DNA of 64,000 nt from Acidobacteriota bacterium (GTDB taxonomy: Bacteria; Acidobacteriota; Thermoanaerobaculia; UBA5066; Gp7-AA6). The stretch covers positions 2,707 to 66,706 of the forward strand of contig DAHUXD010000030.1 of the NCBI GenBank assembly GCA_027307335.1. Direction: 5' to 3'. Position numbers and translations under genes: made by a program. Of this stretch, positions 9,662-18,415 are shown piece by piece. Position 1 is the stretch's first letter. Every line of letters starts with the position of its first letter. The notes under the pieces were generated by a model, which did not search any database, had not been told where the DNA came from, and saw only the letters and a program-made list of their open reading frames with translations.

Positions 9662-10723
9662 ATGGGCGCCGTGACGAAGTGCCCCCCGGTGCTCGCCCGG
9701 GTGTTCCGCGGGCCCCACGTGGAATCCGTGCATCGGGGCCACGTCGCCGTCTGCGACGAGACCGGCCGCGTCCGGGAGCGGTGCGGCGACGCCGAGGCGC
9801 CGATCTACGCGCGGTCGGCCGCGAAGCCGTTCCAGGCGCTGCCCCTCCTCCTGGCGGGCGGCGAGAAGCGGTTCCGGCTGGGCGATGCCGAGCTCGCGCT
9901 GCTGTGCGCGTCGCACGGCGGAGAGCCGGCGCACGTCGCCGGCGCGCGGGCCCTGCTCACGCGGGGGGGATTCCGCGCGGCCGACCTCGAGTGCGGGGCG
10001 CACGCGCCGATGCACGAGCCCTCCGCGCGCGCCCTCGTCCGCAAGGGGGATGCGCCGACGGCGCTCCACAACAATTGCTCGGGCAAGCACGCGGGCATGC
10101 TCCTCGCGTGCCGCGCGCTCGACCTGCCGAGCGCCGGCTACACGGATGCCGCGCACCCGCTGCAGCGCCGCATCCGGTCGCTCCTCGCGCGCTACGCCGG
10201 CGTCCCGGAGTCGCGCATCACGGTGGGCGTCGACGGCTGCCATCTCCCGGTCTTCCGTCTTCCGCTCGCCGGCCTCGCCACCGCGTACGCGCGGCTCGCC
10301 GCCCCGCGCCTCGCCGGCGAGGACCCGCCCGCGGCGGCCGCCCGCGCCAGGCTCGTGCGCGCGATGACCCGGCGGCCCGACATGGTCGCGGGCACCGGTC
10401 GTTTCACGACGGATTTCATGCTCCGCGGGGAGGGCCGCTGGATCGGCAAGGAGGGGGCCGAAGGCGTGTACGCCGCGGCGGTGCTTCCGCGCCGGCGCGG
10501 CGAGAAGGCGATCGGCGTCGCCTTCAAGATCGAGGACGGCTCGGCGCGGCCGCGCGACGCCGTCACGCTCGCGATTCTCGATCGGCTCGCCGTGCTCCCT
10601 CTCGAGGACCGCCGCGCTCTGGCCGCGTACGCCGAGCCCGTCATCGTGAACGCACGGGGCGCCGAGGTCGGGCGCATCGAGGCGGACGTGCCGCTCGCTT
10701 CCGCGCGCCGCGGAGCGCGCTGA
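9662..10723 (+). CDS. Asparaginase-II-like family protein
   Basis: Start at internal ATG 9662 (MGAVTKCPPVLARVFRG). VESVHRGH...ARSAAKPFQALPLL...LALLCASHGGEPAHV...DLECGAH matches my memory of the L-asparaginase II (PF06089-type) family. Confidence 0.7.
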   Translation: MGAVTKCPPVLARVFRGPHVESVHRGHVAVCDETGRVRERCGDAEAPIYARSAAKPFQALPLLLAGGEKRFRLGDAELALLCASHGGEPAHVAGARALLTRGGFRAADLECGAHAPMHEPSARALVRKGDAPTALHNNCSGKHAGMLLACRALDLPSAGYTDAAHPLQRRIRSLLARYAGVPESRITVGVDGCHLPVFRLPLAGLATAYARLAAPRLAGEDPPAAAARARLVRAMTRRPDMVAGTGRFTTDFMLRGEGRWIGKEGAEGVYAAAVLPRRRGEKAIGVAFKIEDGSARPRDAVTLAILDRLAVLPLEDRRALAAYAEPVIVNARGAEVGRIEADVPLASARRGAR

Positions 10724-10724
10724 C

Positions 10725-12203
10725 GTGGCGTTCCGCGATCTGACGGCCTTCCTCCGGGCGCTCGAGGAGGACGGCGACCTCGTGCGGGTCCGGGAGCGGG
10801 TGTCGCCCCGCCTCGAGATCGCCGAGATCGCCGATCGCGCGGTGAAGGGCGGAGGCCCGGCGCTCGTCTTCGAGAACGTCGAGGGCTCCGAGATGCCGGT
10901 CGCGATCAACCTCTTCGCGTCGCGCCGCCGGATGCTCCGCGCGCTCGAGATCGGCGGATGGGAGGAGTGGAACGCGAGGCTCGAATTCTTCCTGGATCCG
11001 AAGCCGCCCGAGGGTCTCCTCGACAAGCTGAAGGTCCTGCCGAGGGTCACGGAGCTCGCCGCCGTCTTTCCCAGGACGGTGCGGGGCGGCCCCTGCCAGC
11101 AGGTCGTCGAGACGGGAGACGCCGTGGACCTCGGGAGGCTCCCTGTGCTGACGTGCTGGCCGAAGGACGCGGGACCCTTCATCACGATGCCGCTCGTCAT
11201 CACACGGGACCCGGAATCGGCCAGGACGAACGTCGGCATGTACCGCATGCAGGTGTTCGATCGCGCGACCACGGGCATGCACTGGCAGAAGCACAAGGAC
11301 GGCGCCGGCCAGGCCCGCGGCTACGAACGCGCGGGGCGGCGCATGGAGGTCGCGGTCGCGATCGGCTGCGATCCGTCGACGGTCTTCTCCGCGATCGCGC
11401 CTCTGCCGCCCGGCGTCTCGGAATTCCTCTTCGCGGGATTCCTGCGCGGCGAGGCAGTGCCGCTCGTTCCCGCGAAGACCGTGGACCTCCTCGTTCCGGC
11501 CGAGGCGGAGATCGTGCTCGAGGGCTACGTCGAGCCCGGCGAGCGGCGCCGGGAGGGTCCCTTCGGCGACCACACCGGGTTCTACTCGCTCGACGACGAC
11601 TTTCCCGTCTTCCACGTGACGGCGGTGACGCGCCGCGAGAAGCCGGTCTACCTGACGACGATCGTCGGACGGCCGCCCATGGAGGACGGCTTCATGGGCG
11701 AGGCCGTCGAGCGTCTGTTCCTGCCGCTCGTGAAGAAGACGATTCCCGAGATCGTCGACATGCACCTGCCGGTCGAGGGCGTCTTCCACAACCTCATGAT
11801 CGTGGCGATCGACAAGCGCTTCCCCGGCCACGCCCGCAAGACCATGCACGCGATCTGGGGCACGGGACAGATGATGTTCACGAAGACGATCGTCGTCGTC
11901 GACCGCGACGTCGACGTCCACGACGCGGCGGAGGTCGCGTGGCGTGCGCTGACCGCGATCGATCCCGAGCGCGACATCGAGCTCGTGAAGGGGCCCGTGG
12001 ACGAGCTCGACTTCTCCTCGCGCCTTCCGTGCTTCGGCAGCAAGCTCGGGATCGACGCGACGCGGAAGTGGCCGGAGGAGGGCTTCGCCCGTCGCTGGCC
12101 CGATCCGATCGAGATGTCCGCCGAGGTGCGCGCCCGCGTCGACCGGCTCTGGCCGGCGCTCGGGATCCCGGCGAGGGAAAGAAAAGGCCGGGGGCGGGTG
12201 TAG
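10725..12203 (+). CDS. UbiD-family (prenylated-FMN dependent) decarboxylase
   Basis: 492 aa with UbiD-like sequence throughout (FRDLTAFLRALEEDGDLVRV...GGPALVFENV...TNVGMYRMQV...GPFGDHTGFY). GTG start 2 nt after the previous stop. No ubiX in the window. Confidence 0.85.
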   Translation: MAFRDLTAFLRALEEDGDLVRVRERVSPRLEIAEIADRAVKGGGPALVFENVEGSEMPVAINLFASRRRMLRALEIGGWEEWNARLEFFLDPKPPEGLLDKLKVLPRVTELAAVFPRTVRGGPCQQVVETGDAVDLGRLPVLTCWPKDAGPFITMPLVITRDPESARTNVGMYRMQVFDRATTGMHWQKHKDGAGQARGYERAGRRMEVAVAIGCDPSTVFSAIAPLPPGVSEFLFAGFLRGEAVPLVPAKTVDLLVPAEAEIVLEGYVEPGERRREGPFGDHTGFYSLDDDFPVFHVTAVTRREKPVYLTTIVGRPPMEDGFMGEAVERLFLPLVKKTIPEIVDMHLPVEGVFHNLMIVAIDKRFPGHARKTMHAIWGTGQMMFTKTIVVVDRDVDVHDAAEVAWRALTAIDPERDIELVKGPVDELDFSSRLPCFGSKLGIDATRKWPEEGFARRWPDPIEMSAEVRARVDRLWPALGIPARERKGRGRV

Positions 12204-12219
12204 AATCCAGGATCCGGCC

Positions 12220-13458
12220 ATGAAGGTCCTGTTCTTCGATCGGGAGGAGACGGCGCGGGACGATCTGCGGAGGGCCCTGGCGGCGCTCGGCGCGACCGCC
12301 CGGGGCTTCGGATCCGTCCCCGAGGCGGAGTCTGCGCTGCGCGAGTTCGACCCGGACGTCGTGATCGCCGGCTTCGACCGGGAACGCGACGGCGTCGCGC
12401 GCTTCGCCCGGCTCCGCCGCAACGGCCGGCCCTGGGCGATCTTCGGCCTCGTCCCCGGGAAGGAGCTCGAGCTCGGCGTCGCTGCGATCACCGCGGGCGC
12501 GGACGACTTCCTGTGGCGGCCGGTCTCCGATACGCGGCTCTCGCAGCTCCTCGCCACGGCCACGGCGCGGCGAGAGCGCGACGCGGAAGCCGAGCGCACG
12601 CGAGTCGCGCTCGCGCGGGCGGATCTGAAGGAGGCGCTGCCCGGGCGGTCGGCCGCCTGGGCATCGGCGCTCGCGGCGCTCGAGAAGGCGGCGGCGTCGG
12701 GAGAGTCGGTGCTCCTGACCGGCGAGTCGGGCACGGAGAAGGACGAGGCGGCCCTCGCGCTGCATCGCCTCTCGCCCCGCGGCGCCCGCCGGCTCGCCTA
12801 CATCTCGGAGGGCGAGTCGCTCGACGTGGCCACGGCTCCGGGAGGGGCGGGAACTCTCTTCCTGCCGAACGTCGAGGCGATGTCGACCGGCTACCAGGAG
12901 ACGCTGCTCGCGCATCTCGAGAGCGGCGAGACGCGGTTCATCGTGGGCATCGACGAGGACCCCGAGACCGCCTGTGCCGAGGGGCGGTTCCTCTTCGCGC
13001 TCCGACGGGCGCTCGGGGCGCAGGTGGTGCACCTGCCGCCCCTGCGGGAACGCGACGGCGACGCCGCGGTGCTCGCCGAGCGGCTGCTCGAGGATCTCGA
13101 TCCGCGCGTCCTGTTCCAGCCGGAGGCGCTGGACGTCCTGCGCGCGCACGACTGGCCCGGAAACGCGCTCGAGCTTCGCGAGGTCGTGCGGCGCGCCGCG
13201 CGTCTGTCGGAGCGCGAGATCGGTCCGCTGGTCGTCCGTTCGGTGCTGGCGCGCCCCCTGCCGCGGACGAAGCTGCGGCACCGCAAGCCGCCGGTGGTGC
13301 GCATCGCGGTCGGCGACTCGCTCGCGGACGTCGAGCGGCGGCTCATCTCCAAGACGCTCGAGTTCGCCCGCGGCAACAAGAAGAAGACGGCCGAGCTGCT
13401 GAAGCTCTCGCTGAAGACGATCTACAACAAGATCAAGGAGTACGGGCTCGAGCACTGA
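12220..13458 (+). CDS. Degenerate sigma54-activator-like (NtrC/Fis-family) transcriptional regulator
   Basis: 412 aa with receiver-like N-terminus, AAA+-like centre (LLTGESGTEKDEAALALH ... GTLFLPNVEAM ... HLPPLRER ... WPGNALELREV) and C-terminal Fis-type HTH (GNKKKTAELLKLSLKTIYNKIKEYGL). Key catalytic motifs are altered; see findings. Confidence 0.75.
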   Translation: MKVLFFDREETARDDLRRALAALGATARGFGSVPEAESALREFDPDVVIAGFDRERDGVARFARLRRNGRPWAIFGLVPGKELELGVAAITAGADDFLWRPVSDTRLSQLLATATARRERDAEAERTRVALARADLKEALPGRSAAWASALAALEKAAASGESVLLTGESGTEKDEAALALHRLSPRGARRLAYISEGESLDVATAPGGAGTLFLPNVEAMSTGYQETLLAHLESGETRFIVGIDEDPETACAEGRFLFALRRALGAQVVHLPPLRERDGDAAVLAERLLEDLDPRVLFQPEALDVLRAHDWPGNALELREVVRRAARLSEREIGPLVVRSVLARPLPRTKLRHRKPPVVRIAVGDSLADVERRLISKTLEFARGNKKKTAELLKLSLKTIYNKIKEYGLEH

Positions 13459-13544
13459 CGCCGGCGATGCGCCTCGCGCGGTGCGCCGTTTAAATCGCCG
13501 CTAAATCCGGACGCCGCTATCATCCGCGCCGAGGGTCTCAGGTC

Positions 13545-14297
13545 GTGAAAATCCGAATTTCGCAGGGCAGCATCGTGATGCGTGTGCGCGCCGCCGGAGT
13601 CGCCGTCGCGGCGACGGCGCTCGTGCCCGCGGCGGCGCGGGCGTCCGACGCGGCAGCGGCCGTCGTCGATCCCGGCGTGGCCTGGTCGATCTTCAACCAC
13701 CGCGGCGCCGGGTGGTTCATCTTCGTCTGGGGACTGACCGCTCTGATCGACGGACTGATGTGGCCGAGGCGGACGTGGTGGCGGTTCGTGCCGCCCCTCG
13801 TGCTCTTCGGGATGGTGGAGTTCCTCTTCATCCGCAACGATCCCGAGGCCTGGCCGACCGGGTCGATCGGTCTGTGGGGGAGCCTCAAGGACCCGGAGGT
13901 CCTCCAGCATCGAGTGTTCCTGCTGCTCCTCCTGGCGATCGCCGTCGTCGAGCTGCTGCGGGCGGCCGGGCGCCTGCCGCCCGTCCTGCAGAAGTTCGCG
14001 GTGCCGGCGCTCGCCGTCGCCGGCGGCGTGTACCTCTTCTTCCACAAGCACGGCGGCGCCGGGATGGAGCAGATGATGGCCGACCCTTCCGCCGCGTCGA
14101 GCCCGAACATGGCGGCGATGATGGCGTCGATGGACCTGGTCAAGCACGAGCACATGTGGTTCTCCCTGGCCGGCTTCGGCCTCGCGGCCGCGAAGCTCCT
14201 CGCCGACGGCGGGCGTCTCAAGGGCCGCCTCGGCGCCACACTCTGGTGTCTGTTCGCGATCGTGCTCGGCGCTTACATGATGGGCTACACGGAGTAG
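13545..14297 (+). CDS. Hypothetical polytopic membrane protein with a Met/His-rich loop
   Basis: 250 aa, with an alternative start at 13578. Signal-like N-terminus and about 6 hydrophobic segments. Loop HKHGGAGMEQMMADPSAASSPNMAAMMASMDLVKHEH. Codon and amino-acid usage look genuine compared with the overlapping antisense ORFs. Confidence 0.5.
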   Translation: MKIRISQGSIVMRVRAAGVAVAATALVPAAARASDAAAAVVDPGVAWSIFNHRGAGWFIFVWGLTALIDGLMWPRRTWWRFVPPLVLFGMVEFLFIRNDPEAWPTGSIGLWGSLKDPEVLQHRVFLLLLLAIAVVELLRAAGRLPPVLQKFAVPALAVAGGVYLFFHKHGGAGMEQMMADPSAASSPNMAAMMASMDLVKHEHMWFSLAGFGLAAAKLLADGGRLKGRLGATLWCLFAIVLGAYMMGYTE

Positions 14298-14333
14298 AGT
14301 CCCGCCGCGCGGGCTTCGGTTTCGGTTCCATGG

Positions 14334-16169
14334 GTGTTCGAAGGGCGGGACGCGGTGTGTGGGTTGCCCCGTATCACGACGACTGAGGACCTCGCGGCGG
14401 TCGAGCGCGGATCGCGCTGGATGCTGCCGGCGCTCGTCCTCCTCGCGGCGGCCCTCTTTCTCGGCACCGCCGGCACGCCGGCCCTCGTGGACGACGACGT
14501 CGATGCCGCGCACGCGCTCGTCGCCCGCGAGATGCTCGCGCGGCACGACTGGGTCGTGCCGTACCAGGACGGCATCCGCTACCTGATCCGCCCGCCGCTC
14601 CACTTCTGGCTCGTCGCGGGAAGCTACGCGGTCCTCGGCGAGACCGCGTTCGCGACGCGCCTGCCCGTGGCGCTCGCGATGGTGGGCCTCGTGGCGATGA
14701 CGTTCGTCTTCGGGCGGCGGTTCCTCGGCGCCCGCGCCGGGTTCTACGCCGGACTCGCGGTGGCGACCGGTCCGGGCTTCTTCGTCTTCACGCGCGTCGT
14801 CATTCCCGAGGCGATCTACGCGCTGGAGTTCGCGGCGATCTTCTATCTCTTCCTGCGGGCCTGGACGGGAAGTCTCGATCCGCGCGTGGGCTACCCGGGC
14901 GCGGCCGCTCTGACGGGACTCGCGGCGCTGACCCGCGGGCCGATCGGCGTGATCTTTCCGACGCTCGCGATCGCTCTCTTCCTGTTCGCCACGGGCGGCT
15001 GGCGGCGGTGGCGGGAGCTGCGGCTGCCGCTCTCGGCCGCCGTATTCCTCGCCGTCGCCGCGCCCTGGCACGTCCTGGCGGCGCGCCGCGCGCCGGGATT
15101 CCTGTGGGCCTACTTCGTCAACGAGCACGTGCTCCGCGCGCTCGGCACGCGCGAGCCGCGCGACTACAGCGCCGTGTCCGCGCCGATCTGGCTCGCGGAG
15201 CACCTCGTGTGGCTGTTTCCGTGGAGCCTCTTCGCGCCCGCCTTCGTCCGGATCTTCCCGCGGAGGGGGGTGTGGCGCGGGGGCGACGCCGGCGTGTCCG
15301 CGCGCCTGCTTCTCTTCTCGTGGACGGCGGTCATCGTCGGCTTCTTCCTGCTCGAGAGCGGTTCGCGGATGGAGTACTACAGCTTCGGCGCCTGGCCCGC
15401 GCTGGCGCTCCTCCTCGGCGCGGGCCTCGAAGACGCCGAGCGGCGCGGCGCGCGGTGGATCCGGGCGCTCGCGGCCGGGCTCGCCCTGTTCGGCCTCGCG
15501 TATGCGGCGCTGGTCTCGGCGTTCCTCGTGGCGGCCCGCGGCCTCGGCGCCGGCGACGTCGCCTCGGACCTGAAGTCCGGGGCGGCGGAGACGTACCTCT
15601 CGGCCATGGCGAGGGTCCGCGACCTGACACCGGCGGCGTTCGCCGATCTGCGTGTCCCGCTCGTGATTTCGGCGGCCGCCCTCGCGATCGGTTTCGGTGC
15701 CGCGTACGTGCTGCGGCGGGGCGGGCGTCCGGTCGCGTCGGCCGGCGCGATGGCCGGCGCCATGGCCGCCCTGTTCCTCGCCGCGAACCTCTCCTACGCG
15801 CGCCTCGAGCCGATGTTCTCGTCGAAGGACCTCGCCTTGCGGCTGAACGCGGTGCTCCGTCCGACGGACGTCGTGGCGTTCTACGGCGACATCCGCGTGG
15901 CGCCCGGAGTCGCCTTCTACTGTCGCCGGCGCGTCCTGCTCTGGAATGCCAGGCTCACCAACCTCGCGTTCGGCGCGCGGTATCGGGATGCGCCGAAGAC
16001 GCTCTACGACGACGCCGAATTCGGCGCGCTCTGGAGCGGCTCCCGGCGCGTCGTCCTGATCGTGCCCGTCGACGCCGAGGCCGAGGCGCGCGCGAAGCTT
16101 CCGCCCGGTTCGTTCCGGGTCCTCGCGCGCTCGGGCGGCAAGACCGCCTGGGTCAACCGCGCGGGATGA
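14334..16169 (+). CDS. GT39/ArnT-like (PMT_2) membrane glycosyltransferase
   Basis: 611 aa and polytopic. N-terminal loop with acidic motif VDDDVDAAHALVAREMLARHDWVVP...IRPPLHFW, typical of ArnT/dolichyl-phosphate-mannose-type transferases. Start uncertain (GTG 14334 or ATG 14421). The 3' end overlaps convergent hpnL by 17 nt. Confidence 0.8.
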   Translation: MFEGRDAVCGLPRITTTEDLAAVERGSRWMLPALVLLAAALFLGTAGTPALVDDDVDAAHALVAREMLARHDWVVPYQDGIRYLIRPPLHFWLVAGSYAVLGETAFATRLPVALAMVGLVAMTFVFGRRFLGARAGFYAGLAVATGPGFFVFTRVVIPEAIYALEFAAIFYLFLRAWTGSLDPRVGYPGAAALTGLAALTRGPIGVIFPTLAIALFLFATGGWRRWRELRLPLSAAVFLAVAAPWHVLAARRAPGFLWAYFVNEHVLRALGTREPRDYSAVSAPIWLAEHLVWLFPWSLFAPAFVRIFPRRGVWRGGDAGVSARLLLFSWTAVIVGFFLLESGSRMEYYSFGAWPALALLLGAGLEDAERRGARWIRALAAGLALFGLAYAALVSAFLVAARGLGAGDVASDLKSGAAETYLSAMARVRDLTPAAFADLRVPLVISAAALAIGFGAAYVLRRGGRPVASAGAMAGAMAALFLAANLSYARLEPMFSSKDLALRLNAVLRPTDVVAFYGDIRVAPGVAFYCRRRVLLWNARLTNLAFGARYRDAPKTLYDDAEFGALWSGSRRVVLIVPVDAEAEARAKLPPGSFRVLARSGGKTAWVNRAG

Positions 16170-17157
16170 CGACCGCGGAGGCGGGCGGAGCCGGAGCGCG
16201 CCGCCGCGCGCGATTTCCCAGGAGCCCGAATCCGACCGCGGCCCAGCACAGCTCGCGGATCCGGCGGACCAGCCCTAGCGTGAAACCCTTCGCGGGATCG
16301 AGCCCGGCGGCGAGGAAGATGAGCGCCTTGCCACCCTCCTGGGTGCCGATCTTCGCCGGCACGAAGAAGAAGACACCCTCGATCGCCACGGCGAGGACCT
16401 CGATCGCGTAGGCTTGCGCCGGCGAGAGCGCCGGCCGCAAAAATCGGAGGATCAGCCAGGTCTCCGCGGCGCCCGTCTGCCAGGCGAGCAGCGAGAAGGC
16501 CGATGCCGCGGCGAACCGGCCCGGCCGGGCGCGAAAGGCAGCGAGCGCGTCGTTCGCGGCGCCGCGCCACCGTTCCGGCACCGCGGCCACGCGCCGCCGG
16601 ATCCATCCGACGCGGTTCGCCACCGCGAGCGCGCGGGTCCGCCATTCCTTCGAAGCCGCGAACGAGAGGACGAGCCCGAGCAGGGCGATGGAGACCACCG
16701 ACAACATCAGGAACCCGGCGCGCTCGCCGCGGCCGGGGAGGAGCGGCAGCACGAGCGGGAATCCCGTCACGACGAAGACGATCTGGCCGCAGAACTGGGC
16801 GAGAGCGGCCATGGCGACGCAGGCGGCGGCCGGCTCCGGCGGCACGACCTCGGAGAGCTGAGAGAGACGCACGAGCTCGCCCCCGACCACGCCGACGGGA
16901 CTGACGGCGTTGACGGCCTCTCCGGCCACGAGCATCCGCGTCATCGCCGGGAGCGGCACGGTGGATCCCTCCGGAAGCAGGCGCTGCCAGGACAGGGCGT
17001 TGAAGACCTGGGGCAGGAACGAGAGCGCGAGGACGGGCACGAATCCCCAGCCGATCTCGAGCAGCTGCCGGCCGACGCGCTCCGGTCCGAGGCGGACGAC
17101 GAGTCCCGCGAAGAGCAGGACGCCCGCCGCGAACGCGATCCGCTCGAACCGCCTCAC
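16153..17157 (-). CDS. hpnL: Flippase-like (LPG-synthase TM / UPF0104) membrane protein, HpnL-type
   Basis: Real gene is the C-terminal third of track ORF 16153..18288. GTG 17157..17155 overlaps the hpnI TGA (GTGA). Polytopic, RFERIAFAAGVLLFAGLVVRLGPERV...EAVNAVSPVGVVGGELVR. Called hpnL from family resemblance plus position after hpnI. Confidence 0.6.
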   Translation of the reverse strand: MRRFERIAFAAGVLLFAGLVVRLGPERVGRQLLEIGWGFVPVLALSFLPQVFNALSWQRLLPEGSTVPLPAMTRMLVAGEAVNAVSPVGVVGGELVRLSQLSEVVPPEPAAACVAMAALAQFCGQIVFVVTGFPLVLPLLPGRGERAGFLMLSVVSIALLGLVLSFAASKEWRTRALAVANRVGWIRRRVAAVPERWRGAANDALAAFRARPGRFAAASAFSLLAWQTGAAETWLILRFLRPALSPAQAYAIEVLAVAIEGVFFFVPAKIGTQEGGKALIFLAAGLDPAKGFTLGLVRRIRELCWAAVGFGLLGNRARRRAPAPPASAVVIPRG

Positions 17158-18398
17158 GGCAGGGGGACCGGGGCGCGAGCGACCGCCGGAGACGGGGCGG
17201 GGATGGGGTCCCCGGCGCCGCGCATCGGGGGGCGGACGCGGAGGCGGCCTCCGCGCTCGAGCTGGTAGCGCCTCCCGCGCCAGACGACCGAGCTCCCGAA
17301 GAACCCGCCGAGCCACATGGCGACCCCGAAGAGGTCGCGCAGGGGAACGAGCCAGAGCCGGCTGGCGAGGCGATCCCCGAGGCAGCGCACGGCGACGAAC
17401 CAGGCCATCGCAAGCCGCGCCGCGATCGTCGCCGCGGCGAGGGAGACGCCCGCGGGTCCCGGACCGAGCGCGAGCAGCAGCAGCGCCGCCGGCATTCCCT
17501 GCAGGAGGGCGAGGCCCACATAGCCGCCGGGCCGCGCCGCGCGCGTGCCGCGGTTCCAGCGCAGCTGATGGTCGATGAGATCCTTCCAGCCCTTCGCGCC
17601 GAGGCCGTGGTCGACGATGCAGCCGGCGAGCTCCACCCGATGGCCGGCGCGCGCGGGCAGGTTGCCGAGGGCATAGTCGTCGGCGAGCCAGTCGGCCAGC
17701 GCCTCGAATCCCCCGAGCACCGACAGGATCGACCGCCGGATCAGGGTGCCCGAGCCCAACCCGAAGGAGATGCCCTCGAGCCTCCGCGCGACGAGAACCG
17801 ACGGCTGGAACTCCGTCGATAGACCGAGCGCGTTGAGCTTTCCGGCGAGGCCCGTCGACTGGGAGCGGTAGAGACAGGTGACGGCGCCGATGCTCGGATC
17901 GGCCATCGGCGCGGCCATCTGCCGCAGGAAGTCCGGTTCCACCCGGATGTCGCTGTCGGACACGAGGACGAAGGGGTGCGCGGCCTCGGGCAGCATCCCG
18001 GCGAGGCAGCCGACCTTCGGGTTCGCGGTGAGCTTCGCCTTTCCTCCGACGAAGCGGACGTCGACGCCGGGGTGATCCGCGGCGACGCGGCGCGCGACCG
18101 CGAGAGCGGGATCGTCCGGATCTTCCGCGCCGAACACGATCTGGAACCGCGGGTAGTCCTGTCGGAAGAAGGAGGCGAAGTTCGCGTACGCCTCGGGATC
18201 GACCCCGCGCAGCGGCTTCAGCACGCTGATCGGCGGGGCGAAGTCGGAATCCTCGCGGCGCCGGGACCGGGAGAAATCCCGGGCGCACGTGATGGCGCTG
18301 ACGTAGTAGATCGTCGCCGTCACGCAGACGAGGGCGGCCGCGACCCGCGCCACCACGAGGATGGCGGAAAGGGAGAGGAGGTGCCCGAGCGACGGCAT
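17154..18398 (-). CDS. hpnI: Hopanoid-associated glycosyltransferase (GT2/GT21, ceramide-glucosyltransferase-like)
   Basis: 414 aa. N-terminal TM, ISVLKPLRGVDP, DSD motif (VLVSDSDIRV) and QLRWNRG (Q/RxxRW) motif. Sits between hpnK and hpnL. Confidence 0.75.
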   Translation of the reverse strand: MPSLGHLLSLSAILVVARVAAALVCVTATIYYVSAITCARDFSRSRRREDSDFAPPISVLKPLRGVDPEAYANFASFFRQDYPRFQIVFGAEDPDDPALAVARRVAADHPGVDVRFVGGKAKLTANPKVGCLAGMLPEAAHPFVLVSDSDIRVEPDFLRQMAAPMADPSIGAVTCLYRSQSTGLAGKLNALGLSTEFQPSVLVARRLEGISFGLGSGTLIRRSILSVLGGFEALADWLADDYALGNLPARAGHRVELAGCIVDHGLGAKGWKDLIDHQLRWNRGTRAARPGGYVGLALLQGMPAALLLLALGPGPAGVSLAAATIAARLAMAWFVAVRCLGDRLASRLWLVPLRDLFGVAMWLGGFFGSSVVWRGRRYQLERGGRLRVRPPMRGAGDPIPAPSPAVARAPVPLP

Positions 18399-18415
18399 CC
18401 GCGTTCTCGGTTCGG

